Source: Owenia fusiformis | Lineage: Eukaryota | Direction of reading: 5' to 3' | DNA length: 64,000 bases | Assembly: GCA_903813345.2 (NCBI GenBank) | Contig: CAIIXF020000001.1 | Location: forward strand, 19,282,001 to 19,346,000 | Shown: positions 35,401-50,400 of the stretch, in pieces | Position numbering within the stretch: the stretch's first letter is position 1 | Layout: the number at the start of each line of letters is the position of its first letter | Notes under the pieces: generated by a model | What the model was told of the DNA's origin: nothing | Databases searched by the model: none | Seen by the model: only the letters and a program-made list of their open reading frames with translations | Position numbers and translations under genes: made by a program

Positions 35401-38400
35401 TCCGCTCGTGGATATCATATCATATATCATATTCATTCATTGGTCACAAAAGTGAAGATATCCTCTATACATATATATATACCTTGTTTCTTGGCTTTTG
35501 TCTTCTCTTTCTCCAATTGAGCGAGGCTACGTAGACATTCTATGTATGTAGACTTACAGGTGTAATCACCACATGGCACAGGGTAGCGGGAATCCTAGAA
35601 AAAGTAAAACATTGATCAGCTTTATGGAATCATATTTTTGATGTATCTTATGGTTTTCGAAAAATGAGACATATTTAAATACAGTGACTCTAAATCTACA
35701 ATGTGATTTCAGAAAACTTTCTTAATTATGATGAAATTTCAAGTGTCTATAGAGTGTTCAACGTCGGAAACTGATATAATTTATAATGTGGCACTAGACA
35801 AACTTAAAGCAAAAAACCTGTCAAATGAGGTTTTAAACAATAGGCCTGTCAAATGAGGTATTTAAACAATAGGCCTGTCAAATGAGGTATTTAAACAATA
35901 GGCCTGTCAAATGAGGTTATTAAACAATAGGCCTGTCAAATGAGGTTATTAAACAATAGGCCTGTCAAATGAGGTATTTAAACAATAGGCCTGTCAAATG
36001 AGGTTATTAAACAATAGGCCTGTCAAATGAGGTATTTAAACAATAGGCCTGTCAAATGAGGTATTTAAACAATAGGACTGTCGAATGAGGTATTTAAAGA
36101 ATGGACCTGCCAGATTAGGTAAGCAAACGACTTGTCAACTGAGGTTCATGCTGTTCCCATTAGGCAAATACGATAAAAAGAGAGTTCGGATTTCATAAAT
36201 TCTGCGATATTGTTTGTCAAATAAAACCCATTTATTTATATCACTAAAAAATATAATCAAGCAGCCCAAATGATTGTGTAACTATAGCAAATGAATAGGT
36301 TTGGAATATGTAGGCTTACCTCACAAGGGCCTATAAAGTCACTTCCTACACACTTAGCTGGCTCAGTGAACCCATACTTTGTGCTGAAATATTAAATAGT
36401 AAATTATATGGTCTGCTTCAGTATACACAGCCATACCTTACGGTACCATTTTGGCTCCCGTACTGTATGGTACCATTTTGGCTACAGTACCATATGGTAC
36501 TATAAGCTCAAACAGTGCCATACAATACCGTATGAGAAACGGTACTGTACGGTACCATACTCTTAATGTACCATACGGTACCATGATTTCGGAGTGCGGA
36601 TTGGGGATGTAGGGTGATAAAATGCAGAAATCTAATGTTTTACTCTAAAACCTTCATTATAGCTGTTTTAGCTTTATGTATGGTAATTTTCATGATTTAT
36701 TTTTCTATTTTGATATGATTGTAAGATAGCATGACTCTTCAGTCCTGACATCTATTTTAAATAGATCATGAACTATTTTCTTCTTTATGTGTTCATTCAA
36801 ATAACACATTTGTAACATTCTAATCATTACATTGCTACAAATTACTGAAAGAAAAGGACTGACTTACTTTGATGGCTGGCCGCAATGTCCCAAGTCATTG
36901 ACTGTCCTTTCATAGTTCATCAACATTGACATGATCTGCAAAAACAATAGAAGGCTCTCTCATCACATTCAATGACTTCAGAAATGTATTCAACTGGTCA
37001 CCGTTTAATGGACAAAACTGATGCTTTGATATCTCATAGTAGGGGATTAGAAGTTAAGCTATGTAGAGTGTTCTAAACAATATAATATTATTACACCTTT
37101 CAACATGATGAATCATTTACCACTTTGTGACGACAATTTTATAAATTGATTAACTCACCTGATAAGCTGCAGGAACCATCTTAGTAAATGTGAAGTCCTT
37201 TGTGTCATAGTCTATGTATTCTAATTGACCACTCTTGAACACTGGAACATAAAGATGGTAAATAGTTTATGTTTCATTATTAATATGTCTATCTATTAAG
37301 CCTTCAATTAATGACTGATCATCAGGAACATACAGTTTGTATCAATCAGTCAGAACAAGAGAACATAATGTTTGTTTTTTCTTGTTAGCGTACCATTGGG
37401 TGCTATATTGTGATCACAAGTTTGCCTGGTGGGTGGGCACCCAGGTGGTTGGTCGTGCGGGCGTTCCAATAAATCTGTTTTTTATATGAGAACATAGTAG
37501 TAATGTAACAGTAAGCAATACAACTATAAATTATTTAACTAAACATACCTATATTCCAAGGGGCCATGTCTTCATAGAAAGGTAATTTTAAAAATTTGTC
37601 ATAAAATTCGTCCTTCATTTCATCAATTAGACCTAGCCTCAGTAAAGCAATCAATGTTATAGCTGAAAAACAATATAATAAAACGTGGGACTAAAACTAT
37701 CAATTTATAATGCAGGTGACTGCAATAAGTTGGGACCAAGACCATTATTATGTAATGCGTGTACCCACATTTAAGGTGGGACCAAGAGCATCATTTTGTA
37801 GTGCAGTTATAAATTCAATATTTCAGATAATAAATAACCCATGTTGTATCAATGAAATAAAATTAGATGCATCTGAGAGAAGATAAAAATCAACCAATAA
37901 AAAAAACGTCAACAATATGACATATTTACCATGAACTCGTCCAAAGGGAATCTTGAACCCATCAGGGGAGCGGATGAGATACACCTCAAAATGGGTAGCA
38001 TTGGATGTGCAATGTTGATAATACTTTCGCATATGACCATCGAGGGCATAATCAAAATGATGATCAACCTGGAAAAATATGAAATGCAATGACACAAACA
38101 AATAAGTAAATACCACTACAGGTCATGAAGAAAAACATAGCCCTTCGTTAAATCAGAAATCTGTAGTAAAAATGATTCAAACCCTCAAATTAACAATTCC
38201 AATAATGGAATCAACTTATACAAGGACGAAAGGGATCATAGATTTCCTTGAGCTGTGGTATACAAAAATCCTTTTTCAAATGTACATGAATTTAGTACAT
38301 GTGCTATTGTTAAGACACAGACATATCATGACACTCACCTGACCAATTAAGTTCCTGACATCTATCCTGAGCAAACTACATGGGTATTGAGCATGTTGTA

Positions 38401-41400
38401 TATGAGACTGGGGACGAAGTACATATTATGAAACTCACCTGCGCAGTTAGGTTCCTGACATCTATCCTGAGCAAACTCCATGGGTATTGAGCATGTGGTA
38501 TATGAGACTGGGGATCTAGTACATATTATGAAACTAACCTGCGCAGTTAGGTTCCTGACATCTATCCTGAGCAAACTCCATGGGTATTGAGCATGTGGTA
38601 TACGAGACTGGGGATCTAGTACATATTATGAAACTCACCTGCGCAGTTAGGTTCCTGACATCTATCCTGAGCAAACTCCATGGGTATTGAGCATGTGGTA
38701 TATGAGACTGGGGATCTAGTACATATTATGAAACTCACCTGCGCAGTTAGGTTCCTGACATCTATCCTGAGCAAACTCCATGGGTATTGAGCATGTGGTA
38801 TATGAGACTGGGGATCTAGTACATATTATGAAACTAACCTGCGCAGTTAGGTTCCTGACATCTATCCTGAGCAAACTCCATGGGTATTGAGCATGTGGTA
38901 TACGAGACTGGGGATCTAGTACATATTATGAAACTCACCTGCGCAGTTAGGTTCCTGACATCTATCCTGAGCAAACTCCATGGGTATTGAGCATGTGGTA
39001 TATGAGACTGGGGATCTAGTACATATTATGAAACTCACCTGCGCAGTTAGGTTCCTGACATCTATCCTGAGCAAACTCCATGGGTATTGAGCATGTGGTA
39101 TATGAGACTGGGGATATAGTACATATTATGAAACTCACCTGCGCAGTTAGGTTCCTGACATCTATCCTGAGCAAACTCCATGGGTATTGAGCATGTGGTA
39201 TATGAGACTGGGGACCCAGTACATATTATGAAACTCACCTGCGCAGTTAGGTTCCTGACATCTATCCTGAGTAAACTCCATGGGTATTGAGCATGTGGTA
39301 TATGAGACTGGGGACCCAGTACATATTATGAAACTCACCTGCGCAGTTAGGTTCCTGACATCTATCCTGAGCAAACTCCATGGGTATTGAGCATGTGGTA
39401 TATGAGAGTGGGGATCTAGTACATATTATGAAACTAACCTGCGCAGTTAGGTTCCTGACATCTATCCTGAGCAAACTCCATGGGTATTGAGCATGTGGTA
39501 TATGAGAGTGGGGATCTAGTACATATTATGAAACTAACCTGCGCAGTTAGGTTCCTGACATCTATCCTGAGCAAACTCCATGGGTATTGAGCATGTGGTA
39601 TATGAGACTGGGGATCTAGTACTACAGAAGTTAAGTTGATCTTTACATCTGCTGTTGCACTCTAAAAGACCAATTAAAAAAGATATTACACTGTGGGCTA
39701 TAAAAAGTCAACCATTCTGATTGTAATTGAATATAAGCCAACCCTGTATAACATAAACAACAACTACTATATGTTACACATATATTGGGATGTTTTATCA
39801 ACCTGCTAAAGTAAACCTCAATGATGTAATTATTCTATGTTTAAATATAAATATGGTACATGTATATTCATTTAAAAACAAATTCTTCTAATTTTATAAT
39901 TTGAGTTAAAGAGTTTTCCCTTTATATATAGTTCATGTACACATAGTTTCATATTACACAGCATAAAGCATGTGACAATGATTCAACTACAGTACAGTGA
40001 TCTGTTGTTCAATTCCCAAAAGAACGGAACCTATAGTATTTACCTCTCCAATAAGCTTGAATTCTGTATTTTTGTATACAGGCTTAGGATGGAATGCACT
40101 GTTGTATAGATCCTGAAACGAATAGTAAATATTTGCAAATGAATTAAAAAAGATCCCATTGAGAAAATAATTGAACCAGGAGATCAATCTGACATACAAA
40201 ATGGGAAAAATTATTGTTTTCTAACCTTTGAGTGCAAATTTTTCCTTTATAAATGAATTAAAAATGTTTCCATTATGCAGCCATTATATTTACCAGAGTC
40301 TCCATAGTAATATTACTGAGATATCTTTATATTCATACCTTGGAGGGTTTATAAGCTGCTTGTGTATTTTCACCATCGAAGGCATGAGGCAGGAATGTGC
40401 TCATAGCTAAGGACAGTACCTACAATAGTATATAATATGTAAAAATGACAGCCATTTTTTAAAATAGCCGCCTACTACTCGAAGTGTCATGAGACAATGC
40501 GCAAGCAAAATAAGAGAGTTGTAAGGCAACAAGGCAAATCTTGAGAGCCCACCAGGTTTTTTATTCACAATTATTGAAATATAAAAAAAAACATGCAGAA
40601 TTTTGTTAACTTGTTTAACACCAGTATATATGATGTTACCTACCTTAGAGGATGGAACTTGTATAAAAGTAGTAAGACCAGTAGATATGATGTTACCTAC
40701 CTTAGAGGATGGAACTTGTATAAAAGTAGTAAGACCAGTAGATATGATGTTACCTACCTTAGAGGATGGAACTTGTATAAAAGTAGTAAGACCAGTAGAT
40801 ATGATGTTACCTACCTTAGAGGATGGAACTTGTATAAAAGTAGTAAGACCAGTAGATATGATGTTACCTACCTTAGAGGATGGAACTTGTATAAAAGTGG
40901 TAAGACCAGTAGATATGATGTTGCCTACCTTAGAGGATGGAACTTGTATAAAAGTAGTAAGACCAGTAGATATGATGTTACCTACCTTAGAGGATGGAAC
41001 TTGTATAAAAGTAGTAAGACCAGTAGATATGATGTTACCTACCTTAGAGGATGGAACTTGTATAAAAGTAGTAAGACCAGTAGATATGATGTTACCTACC
41101 TTAGAGGATGGAACTTGTATAAAAGTAGTAAGACCAGTAGATATGATGTTACCTACCTTAGAGGATGGAACTTGTATAAAAGTAGTAAGACCAGTAGATA
41201 TGATGTTACCTACCTTAGAGGATGGAACTTGTATAAAAGTAGTAAGACCAGTAGATATGATGTTACCTACCTTAGAGGATGGAACTTGTATAAAAGTAGT
41301 AAGACCAGTAGATATGATGTTGCCTAACATGTTATCGAACTCACTTCTGTAGTTTGTTCTCATCATCTCTAGAAATTGATTACTACCTAAAATACAATAT

Positions 41401-44400
41401 AACATAAGTAAAAGGATGGGTGAGTATGGGTTTTATACAAAGGGCCAATATTTCCCTTAATTCACTCAATTATCGAGGGAATATTCATTTGTGCTGATGT
41501 GAAAACAATAAAACCTAGAATCACTACATACTACAATGAAAACACAAAAACAATCACAAACTCTCCCTTTTATATCACAAGTTTAAAATTGAACCCTGGC
41601 CTGATTCAATACTTGATAACCCTCTACTAACAAATATACACTTACCTAAAAGCTGATACCTGAGAAATTCTGGACTCTGTCTAAGTTTTGCAGTAAGCGA
41701 CTCTTTCAGGGTATTTTGGCATATTGCAAGATTGACAATATTTCCTTCCTTGGCTTTGTGGTAAATATCATATGCAGTAGAGTTTGTATTTTGTAAGGTC
41801 ACAAATGTACTATTCAAGTACTTAGCTGCAAGTGAGGCAATCACATGTCCTGGAAAATAATATGAATCATTAGTACCTTAACCTTATAATAGAACGACAA
41901 GTTTATAATTTTTATAATAGATAGCAGGCTTTTGACTTTTGGTCAAAGAGTGGTATATAGTTTCACAATATCGAATTAATAAAAGACCAAAATAATATTC
42001 CTCACCCTGCATTCTCAGTTTAACGTGATATAATTTTAATAGTGAACCTCTGTAGAGATGAGTAATTGAATGCAACACATATTCTACTGCTGAGTTGATG
42101 TTCAAGATCTATCTGTTTATTCTACTCTTGCTCCCCCACTGGGTCTGACTCAGTTCCTTAAAACCCATGCAAAGAAAAAACACCTTTCTAATTACACTGA
42201 ACCCCCCCTTGGCAAATCCTGGCTACGGGCCTGATATCATAAAGTGTAATAAAACAATATGATATAATGGGTATTTTTGCTTATGGCTGGTTACGCTCTC
42301 AATGCTTTTTGCATACTGACACTTGCGTTATATTTTAACATTTCCAAAGTACCAACCTTCACTACTATAATCGAAAAAGGAGAATGGCTCGACATCAAAT
42401 TGTTGTATCAGCATTTTGACCAGGACCTGAAAGATATTATTGGTATGTTATCAGGAGTGAATATTACAGATTTACAACATACAATTTCACTCAATCTCAA
42501 CCAGCTTTTTTCATTTATTTTTACTTATTATAGTTATTGTATGTTTGACATGATCCACACTAGATCCCTGTAAGAGGGCATATCAGTGCATATATTCAGA
42601 AAGCAAATTTCATTCCAAAATAAACGGCTGTAACAAAACCTATTTTCTTGCTCCGCCTACCCCCGGCTCATGTGACTATACCAACCATGACTTTTTTTCC
42701 TCAAGAACCTTTTAATTATAACTTAGGATCTCAATGTATGAATAGTGTAGGTATACTGACTGAAAATTTCAGCCAGATTGACTGAGATACAAAAAATTTA
42801 GAGGACTTTTGCAAGAACTTTATGAACCCCCTGTATACTTTAAATGAGTATTCTTAAACACAGATTGCTTTACTAGTCGACCTGTTATGACATGTACGTA
42901 GACGTAGAGGCAGACATGTTATATGCAGGAAAATGGACTTTTTCAGATCACTCCTCAATAAGCTAAATCGCTCATCCTCCCAAATTTGATAACATAAAAG
43001 TCATTACAATGGGTACCCACCTGAGCTTGCTGCTGTTTCAGTCCATCGAAATTGGTAACGAGTTGAGATATCTCTGATGTAGCAGGGTGGTAGAGTAGTG
43101 TCTGGTTAAAGAACACAATGTGATTGGAACACATGTTCTCATATACGGGAAGATTGAGGTATTCACGGAATAAAAGACGCCTGAAAAGCACCAAACACTT
43201 CTTGTCAATATGAAACTGCTTTGCAGTACGAAGTAGAAGAGAGGGAATCAAAGAACTGCCAGCCAAATGTAGGAATCAGTTTATTGGTACCTACGCTTCC
43301 AACACTAAGACATAAGATTCAGCTATATAACGTCCCATAATAGCAGCAACAAAAGAAAACTTCATACTGGGCAATGAAAGATAGCTAGAAAAAATGTCAA
43401 GACACCACACTTCAACGATAATTCAGAAGCAACATACCTTACAGGATTTGTCAGGCCTATCGTTAAAAGAAATTGTAAGCCTACACCCTCCATGGCTCGA
43501 GATAACTTGTGACCTGTCTCTATGCCAACCTGGGTCTGCATGGTTACTTGATTGTTAGAAAGCTTCAGTGAGGCCCAATCATCATTACAGTCAACAGTCA
43601 CCTAAATAAGAAAACACAAAGGTTAACATTGAAAAATAAAATATAAACAAGCAAAATGTCACCACCTGACATTTGTTACAAATGTTGACTATCGACGCTG
43701 TTACAGACACCAAATGCTGTTACAGATCGACACCAAACACCAGCCACAAAAATGTTGGAGACTATAAAAATATGTCACTACTTTTGGTGGTGACATAATA
43801 ATGGTGGATCATGTTGAAATAACATCAAGATTCAATGTGTTTTGATCAACCCCTATAAGCTAATATGTTCATATGATTCGCTCAACCATTTAAAATACCC
43901 ATCACAATTAATAGAGACAAGTCACAGGGTGAACAATATCATACCTAAAACATAGCAGTGTGGAATCCTGATGTCAAGATTTATCTAAAAACTTCCAAGA
44001 ATCCAAGATGGCCACCAAAATGTTATCAGCTCGAGAACTTCATACCATGTAACATTGTAACATGTGTGAAAATTTGAAATAAATCCATCAAGTGGTTTTC
44101 CTGGAATAGCGATGACAAGATTTATCTAATAAAAACTTCCAAGATGGCCGCCAGAATGCAAAATGGCTGCCAAAAAGTTAATCAGCTCTAGTACTTTTTA
44201 CCATCTTACATGTGTGAAAATTTAAAGCAAATCCGTTATGTGGTTTTCCTAAAAACTTCCAAGATGGCCACCAGAATGTAAGATGGCCGCCGAAAATGAA
44301 TGAGCTCTACAACTTCTTACTTTGTAACATGTGTAAAAATTTGAAGTAAATCCATGAAGTGGTTTTCCTGGAATCGCGATACAAGATTTATCTAAAAACT

Positions 44401-47400
44401 TCCAAGATGGCCACCAGAATGCAAGATGGCCACTGTAAAGTTAATCAGCTCTAGAACTTCTTCCCATGTAACATGTGTGAAAATTTGAAGAAAGTCTGTG
44501 GAGTGGTTTTCCTGGAATCGCGATGACAAGATTTATCTAAAAACTTCCAAGACGGCCACCAGAATGCAAGATGGCCACTGAAAAGTTAATCAGCTCTAGA
44601 ACTTCATACCATGTAACATGTGTAAACATTTGAAATAAATCCGTTCTATGGTTTTCCTGGAATCGCGATGATAAGAAAATGAGATGCCACCAACCCGCCC
44701 GCCCGTCAAGCTGACGACAATATTGTACCTTTTCAGGTACGATAAAAATCTGTAATATTCTCTATAATCACATTCAACAAATGTAACAACATACTTTGAT
44801 ATGTCATTCATATAGCGTATGTGTTGATTGAGTCAAAGTTACATAATGTTCCAAATCAGTAAATGTTTATCATTACATCGTTTGATTTTCTAGCTTTGAA
44901 TGAAATGTTTGAAATGTTTTTTTGTCAGATTTCAACTCTTGCACATGAGCATTATATACATCCGATTTAAAACCATGGCCAATAACACCAATTGTTTGAT
45001 TGTTGTAATTTTGATGTCACTTGAAGAAAGTAGCACCATTTTCACTAACATTTTCAGGATTAATCTTCACTTAAAGCTTATTGTTTGGGCACTATGAAAA
45101 ATTAAGGAACTTTGAATCTTCTTAACCAAACATGAGTGACTTTAAGGCAAAATTCCTAAATTTTGTGAAGCAAAAATAATTTTATATTTGGTTTTAAAGT
45201 CTCAAAGGTGCTGATTTGACATACATATTACAGGAACTGATTTGTACCACCATGGGTATTTCTAATCATGGTTACCATACTCCTTTTGGAGTGATTTTGA
45301 AAATCAGGAATTAGGGCTGAGAAATAAAATTCTAACTAAAAACTGATATCTATAACTTATGAGTCACCCTATACATTGGAGATTCATAAACATTTTAATA
45401 AAAGTAGGCTATAGTACTGCAACATATAAATATATCATTGATGTTAAAGTATTTATTTACAGAAAAATGTGTATAAAAATATACATGCAATGTATTTAAA
45501 TAAACACCAATACATTATATAATGGGTAAACCATATCATTTTACTATTCTGATCCTAAATAACTCTAAATGTTGTGCTTTCAATTTGAGATCAGTGTTTA
45601 CAAAATATAACATATATAAACATTGCACATTGGCATATATTGCAAATGGAACTTGGAAAAGAATACAATTACACATAGAATAATATGATCAACGTCCTAT
45701 CACAGCCTTCTGTTAAGGTCCTTTCACTTATAAATAAGTCCATTAAAGTTTATTTTTAATTGAGATCACTTGTCCCATTTCATCGGGGATTTAATAATCA
45801 TCATCTGCATACTTTCCAATCCTATCTGGTGTGTCCTGTACTTGTTCCACTTCTTCAGATGTGAAGCGGAATGGTCCACGGAGGAACTCACCCATATCCA
45901 ATACACCATCTCCTGGAAGCACAAATAGAGAACATGGTTTAAAGAGAGAATCATTTAAAGAATAGATAGTTCCAATAAATCCTGACACCTTTTGGTGAAA
46001 AAAGAAACCAGGATATATTGCAAGTAATAATGTTTGTAAACAAAATTGTTAAAAAAGCTTTCGAAATTAGCAATAAGTTATAAACATTTCCGACAGCAAT
46101 ATAAGAATGACATCATGGCCAATAGCTTTCGAAATTAGCAATAAGTTATAAACATTTCCGACAGCAATATAAGAATGACATCATGGCCAATACCCAATAG
46201 GTGAAATGAATTAAAAGAAATTGGTCTAATACTTATTGAATAAAAATGGTAATTTATGTGTGAGAGAAAAAAATTAACATTTAGATAAGTTTGATAAATA
46301 TGAAAATCTTTTTGGACTGAAAAATTCCTTCTTTGTCAAATCAATCAATTCATTTTCAATTTTTCAAATAACAAAGCATTCAAAATTATGCCATGAAACT
46401 GACTTTCAACAATAATAAAAACCATAAAAATTAGCAAAAGCTTCACAAACTTACCATTTTCATCAGCCATTCCGAAGGCTTCGGTGCACTTTTCAGGTGT
46501 GGATGAGATTGCTTCAGCGAACTCCGACAGGGTTACTTTGTCATCATTGTCTGAATCATATTTGGAGAGATCTGAAGAAAATGGCTTCTCGTCATCATTA
46601 ATGGCAACTGAACGACGTTTACGCCCGATATTGCAGACCTTGTGGCAGACAGGAGCACATATCCCAGGGAGGGTGCATTTTGTGTTACAGTACATACTGC
46701 AGACTGGTGCAATGATGCGACGTAGACCAAGTCTTGGGAGACGTATCCTCCAGGCATCACTGGTGTGTATAGAGGCAACAACGGCCAGAAGGAGGAAGGC
46801 AATAGTAGCTTTCATGTTTATACCTTTAAAACATAAATACATGTGTAATTAATTATTCATTGATATTTATTGGTGGTGTGTACTGTGTAGTTGTAAAGAA
46901 AATTCAAGCCTCTCAAACTGTATCAGATCTTTCACACCAAAGATTAACTAGTAAACTGTATCTATAAACCACATGCATCCCACTACAAAACATTCATTTA
47001 TGGCTGTTTTATGAACACATATAATTTGAGAAAATAAATAGATATTGAATGTTTTAATGTATTGAAATGTAATCATATTATATTTGCTTACCTTTAATTC
47101 AAGTGATCCGGCAAAACTATAAGTCTTCAGTTCTGATGCTGTGTTGTCTCTGGGAGTCCAGTAACTGATGTGATGAAGACCTTCTCATTCTAGCATTATT
47201 TATACAATTCCGATGGAAGTAAAATGTCCTATTCTCAATTCTTCTGCACAATTTCTGTGAAAACTTTAACTTACCAGTTCAAATAAACTTTAATACAGTA
47301 CTAATTGCCTCTCAATAGAAAATATGACTTGTTTACATATAGGCAGGACCTTATTCAGGTTTAAATGTTTTCCTAATTTTCAAGAAATAATTGATAACAA

Positions 47401-50400
47401 CAGGTTTATCCCCTGGTCTAGCAAATGTAGCAGTTTATCTGAGACAAATACTTGCAAATGATAAGCAGTAACTAACTCCATAACACAAGTTCAGTGGGAC
47501 ACAATCAATAGATATTTTGTTCACACTTGTAAGTAAACTGTAATATTATGACCCCATCCCCCTCCCTGGCAATACCGTCCCCCTCTCAATTATTGTTATT
47601 TCCATTAACATAGTTTTGAACTAATTTCTTTTTAGGGCCCAAAATCTGCTTCCCCCATATAAATTAGGCAATTTAGGTAACAAACTGGCATCACTGGGCA
47701 TTATTTCTTAATTTAGGGCCTATTCCAGGTTTGGGGCCCCACATTTTTTGCCATGCTATTGCCTTAAACCCCTTTCCAAATCAAAGTTGCAAATCAGTCA
47801 TTGTTTAGTCTTTTTTTAACAGGTTCCCTTATGGGAATTCCATCTTGAGTTTAAATTGAATCAATATCTAATTACAAAAGCTAAAAACAGCCATTGGTTA
47901 TAAATAAACTTCCTTGTTGTCATTTTTCTAGCTGCTGATTGATACCATCCTCCTTAAACAAGAATAGTGTACCCTTTCTGGGAACTGCTTATCCTTCATA
48001 TCAGGATTCTCTAGAAACAATTTGTTCAAAATATTTATTTTCGCATTTTGTCTCAAACACAAAAACATACAGACACAGGATATCTTTTTACCCCTATTTT
48101 GTCTAACCTCAAACTGTAGATTCAGGTCAGGTGTAATATTTTCTTAAAGGTGAATTTTTTCTTTTCTCAATTTAGGGTTAAAATGGGTCTATTTTGGGTC
48201 TTGCTTCATTCATTTTTGGGAGGTTTTGGAAGATTGGGGCTCAATTTTACAAAAAATTATAGGTCTGCTTTGGGTCCTCAAGATCAGGCCTTGTGCAATT
48301 TATGCAGTAGCTTAGGGGATGGCTACTTATATGTCCTAGAAGATATTTTAGGTATACAGATGCACATAGTCAAGGAGAGTTATTCTTTTGGAGATAATGT
48401 AAGATGGTAATAAATATGGTAATATACATTACCTCCCCCCCCACTGAGGTAGGCTTTTCCATTGTTGAAAATAAATCCAACTGGACTGAAATTTGGTTAA
48501 ATATCCGGAAACCTCTAATACCATATTTGATTTAAAAACACTTCTAAAATAAAATAAAGGACCCACGGTCCTGTGCTCACACAGTGTTTTGTGCAGCCAA
48601 TGATGATTGACTTTCTACTTGAGAAAGTTCCCTGAAAATGACGAAGTCCTACTTTTTGTCAAATTTCATAGAGTAAACACCAAAAACTGTAATTTCAAGA
48701 GCTTTGAAATCTTCAGATATTGCATATACAGCAACTTCTACAAGTTATTTAAAAGTTCTACTTCAACAAAGTGTCTAGTATTTAAGTGTCTCATATTTAC
48801 AGAAAATTTGACATTTTGACGTCAAAATCAGCAATTTCTCGGAAACCAGGTGAACTTGGGAAATGGCGATGATAGGTCAAATAGGCATTATGGATATGCA
48901 TATGGATATGACTCAATCCGAATAGCAGTTTTAATTTGTGTGGTCAATGTTGACGGATGGACGGACGGACCAATGGACGGACAGACGCCTGGTCGATCCC
49001 ATAGGCTCACTGTGTGAGCCAATAAAAAAATCCAGTATCTCATAAATAAATGATCATACTGATCATGGTATAAATTTATCCAATGCTTTGGAATGGCTTA
49101 GGGAAATAAAAGCAGAATGTAAAGATCCCTGCGGGAACTAAAACACCAATTTATGGGATTTTTTTATTTTGTGAAATCATTTGCTCCTTTTTTCACTTGA
49201 GACAAACTCCATATCTAAGACCTCCAAGCATAATTCATATACATCCCATGTAATAACTAATATACAGGGTGCTTCATATGTATGCACTCCCCCCCATATA
49301 CTCATACATGTAGCATTGGAACCCTATCATATTATATAACATTTTGTTCCTCATGGAAAGTTACATAAGAATGCAAAGTGTCAGAATCCATTGGTGTCCC
49401 TGAAAAAGATACAACATATCAAAGAATGTTGGGATGGGTCATTTCGAGGGGAATTTCTGGTCATTTCGAGGACAATTGAAAAATGTAGTTTCGGTAATGC
49501 AGATTTCTAGCAGTTATCATCATGGCAGAGTTCAGTTGACACGTGTGTGGCAGTTATTCACAAAGATATATAGATAGGATTCATGCGACCTTTATGACTA
49601 AAAATGGGTAGCAGACAAAATGAATAGATCATCGGACTCCAAAAACGACCAGAAATTGCCCTCTAAATGACCCCATACCCCTATACCTTGATTCATTGTA
49701 TCTTTTTTTCAGGGACACCAATGGATTCTGAAACTTTGCATTCTTATGCAACTTTCCACGACAAACAAAATGATATATATTATGATAGGGTACCAATGCT
49801 ACATATGTGAGTTTATGGGGGGTGCGTACATATGAAATATTCTGTATATACAGTGACATCTGTAAAGCGGAACATCTCTAGAAGTAGAACATACCTAGCG
49901 AAGCATTTGTATGGAAGTCAATGGGAAAGTTAGCGAGCTATATCCACCGATATTGCCCGATTACCCCGATATAGCCCGCTTACCTCGTTTTGATATTAGA
50001 TTTCTTTAATAACCATGATAATATCATGACGTCACGTCATTGATACAAAGTAACCATGGGAACAAAGGCATGTAATACATCAGTTATGTCACTATGACAT
50101 GAAATATGCCTTCGTTCTTGCCCAAATATAGAGCCTCCCAAGGTCGGCCTATATTGGGAGAACTCAGGCATATTTCACGTCATAGTGACATAACCTCTAA
50201 GTAGAACACCTCTGTTAGTGGAACACTTCTCAGAGCCAAAAGACAAACAGATTAATGTTAAATTAACCTCAATAAGTGGAACGCCTCCCAAGTGGAAGAC
50301 ATTTAAGAAGGACCAGGGTTGTTCCACTTTGACAGGTTTTACTGTATTCAACTAACCTGTCTCTTGAATGATTCCAACTGAACCTTCATGAGTCGTCCCT

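Noticed and set aside
38339-41330. CRISPR-like arrays
   Set aside because: Units are head-to-tail with no unique spacers, there are no cas genes, and the context is eukaryotic; the units derive from exon ends.
40593-41352. Plus-strand 244- and 249-aa repeat ORFs
   Set aside because: These are antisense read-throughs of a stop-free 57-bp unit; the minus frame is the one continuous with flanking exons.
46054-46192. Direct duplication of about 67 bp in the intron of the EF-hand peptide gene
   Set aside because: A simple local duplication with no evident splice or coding consequence.
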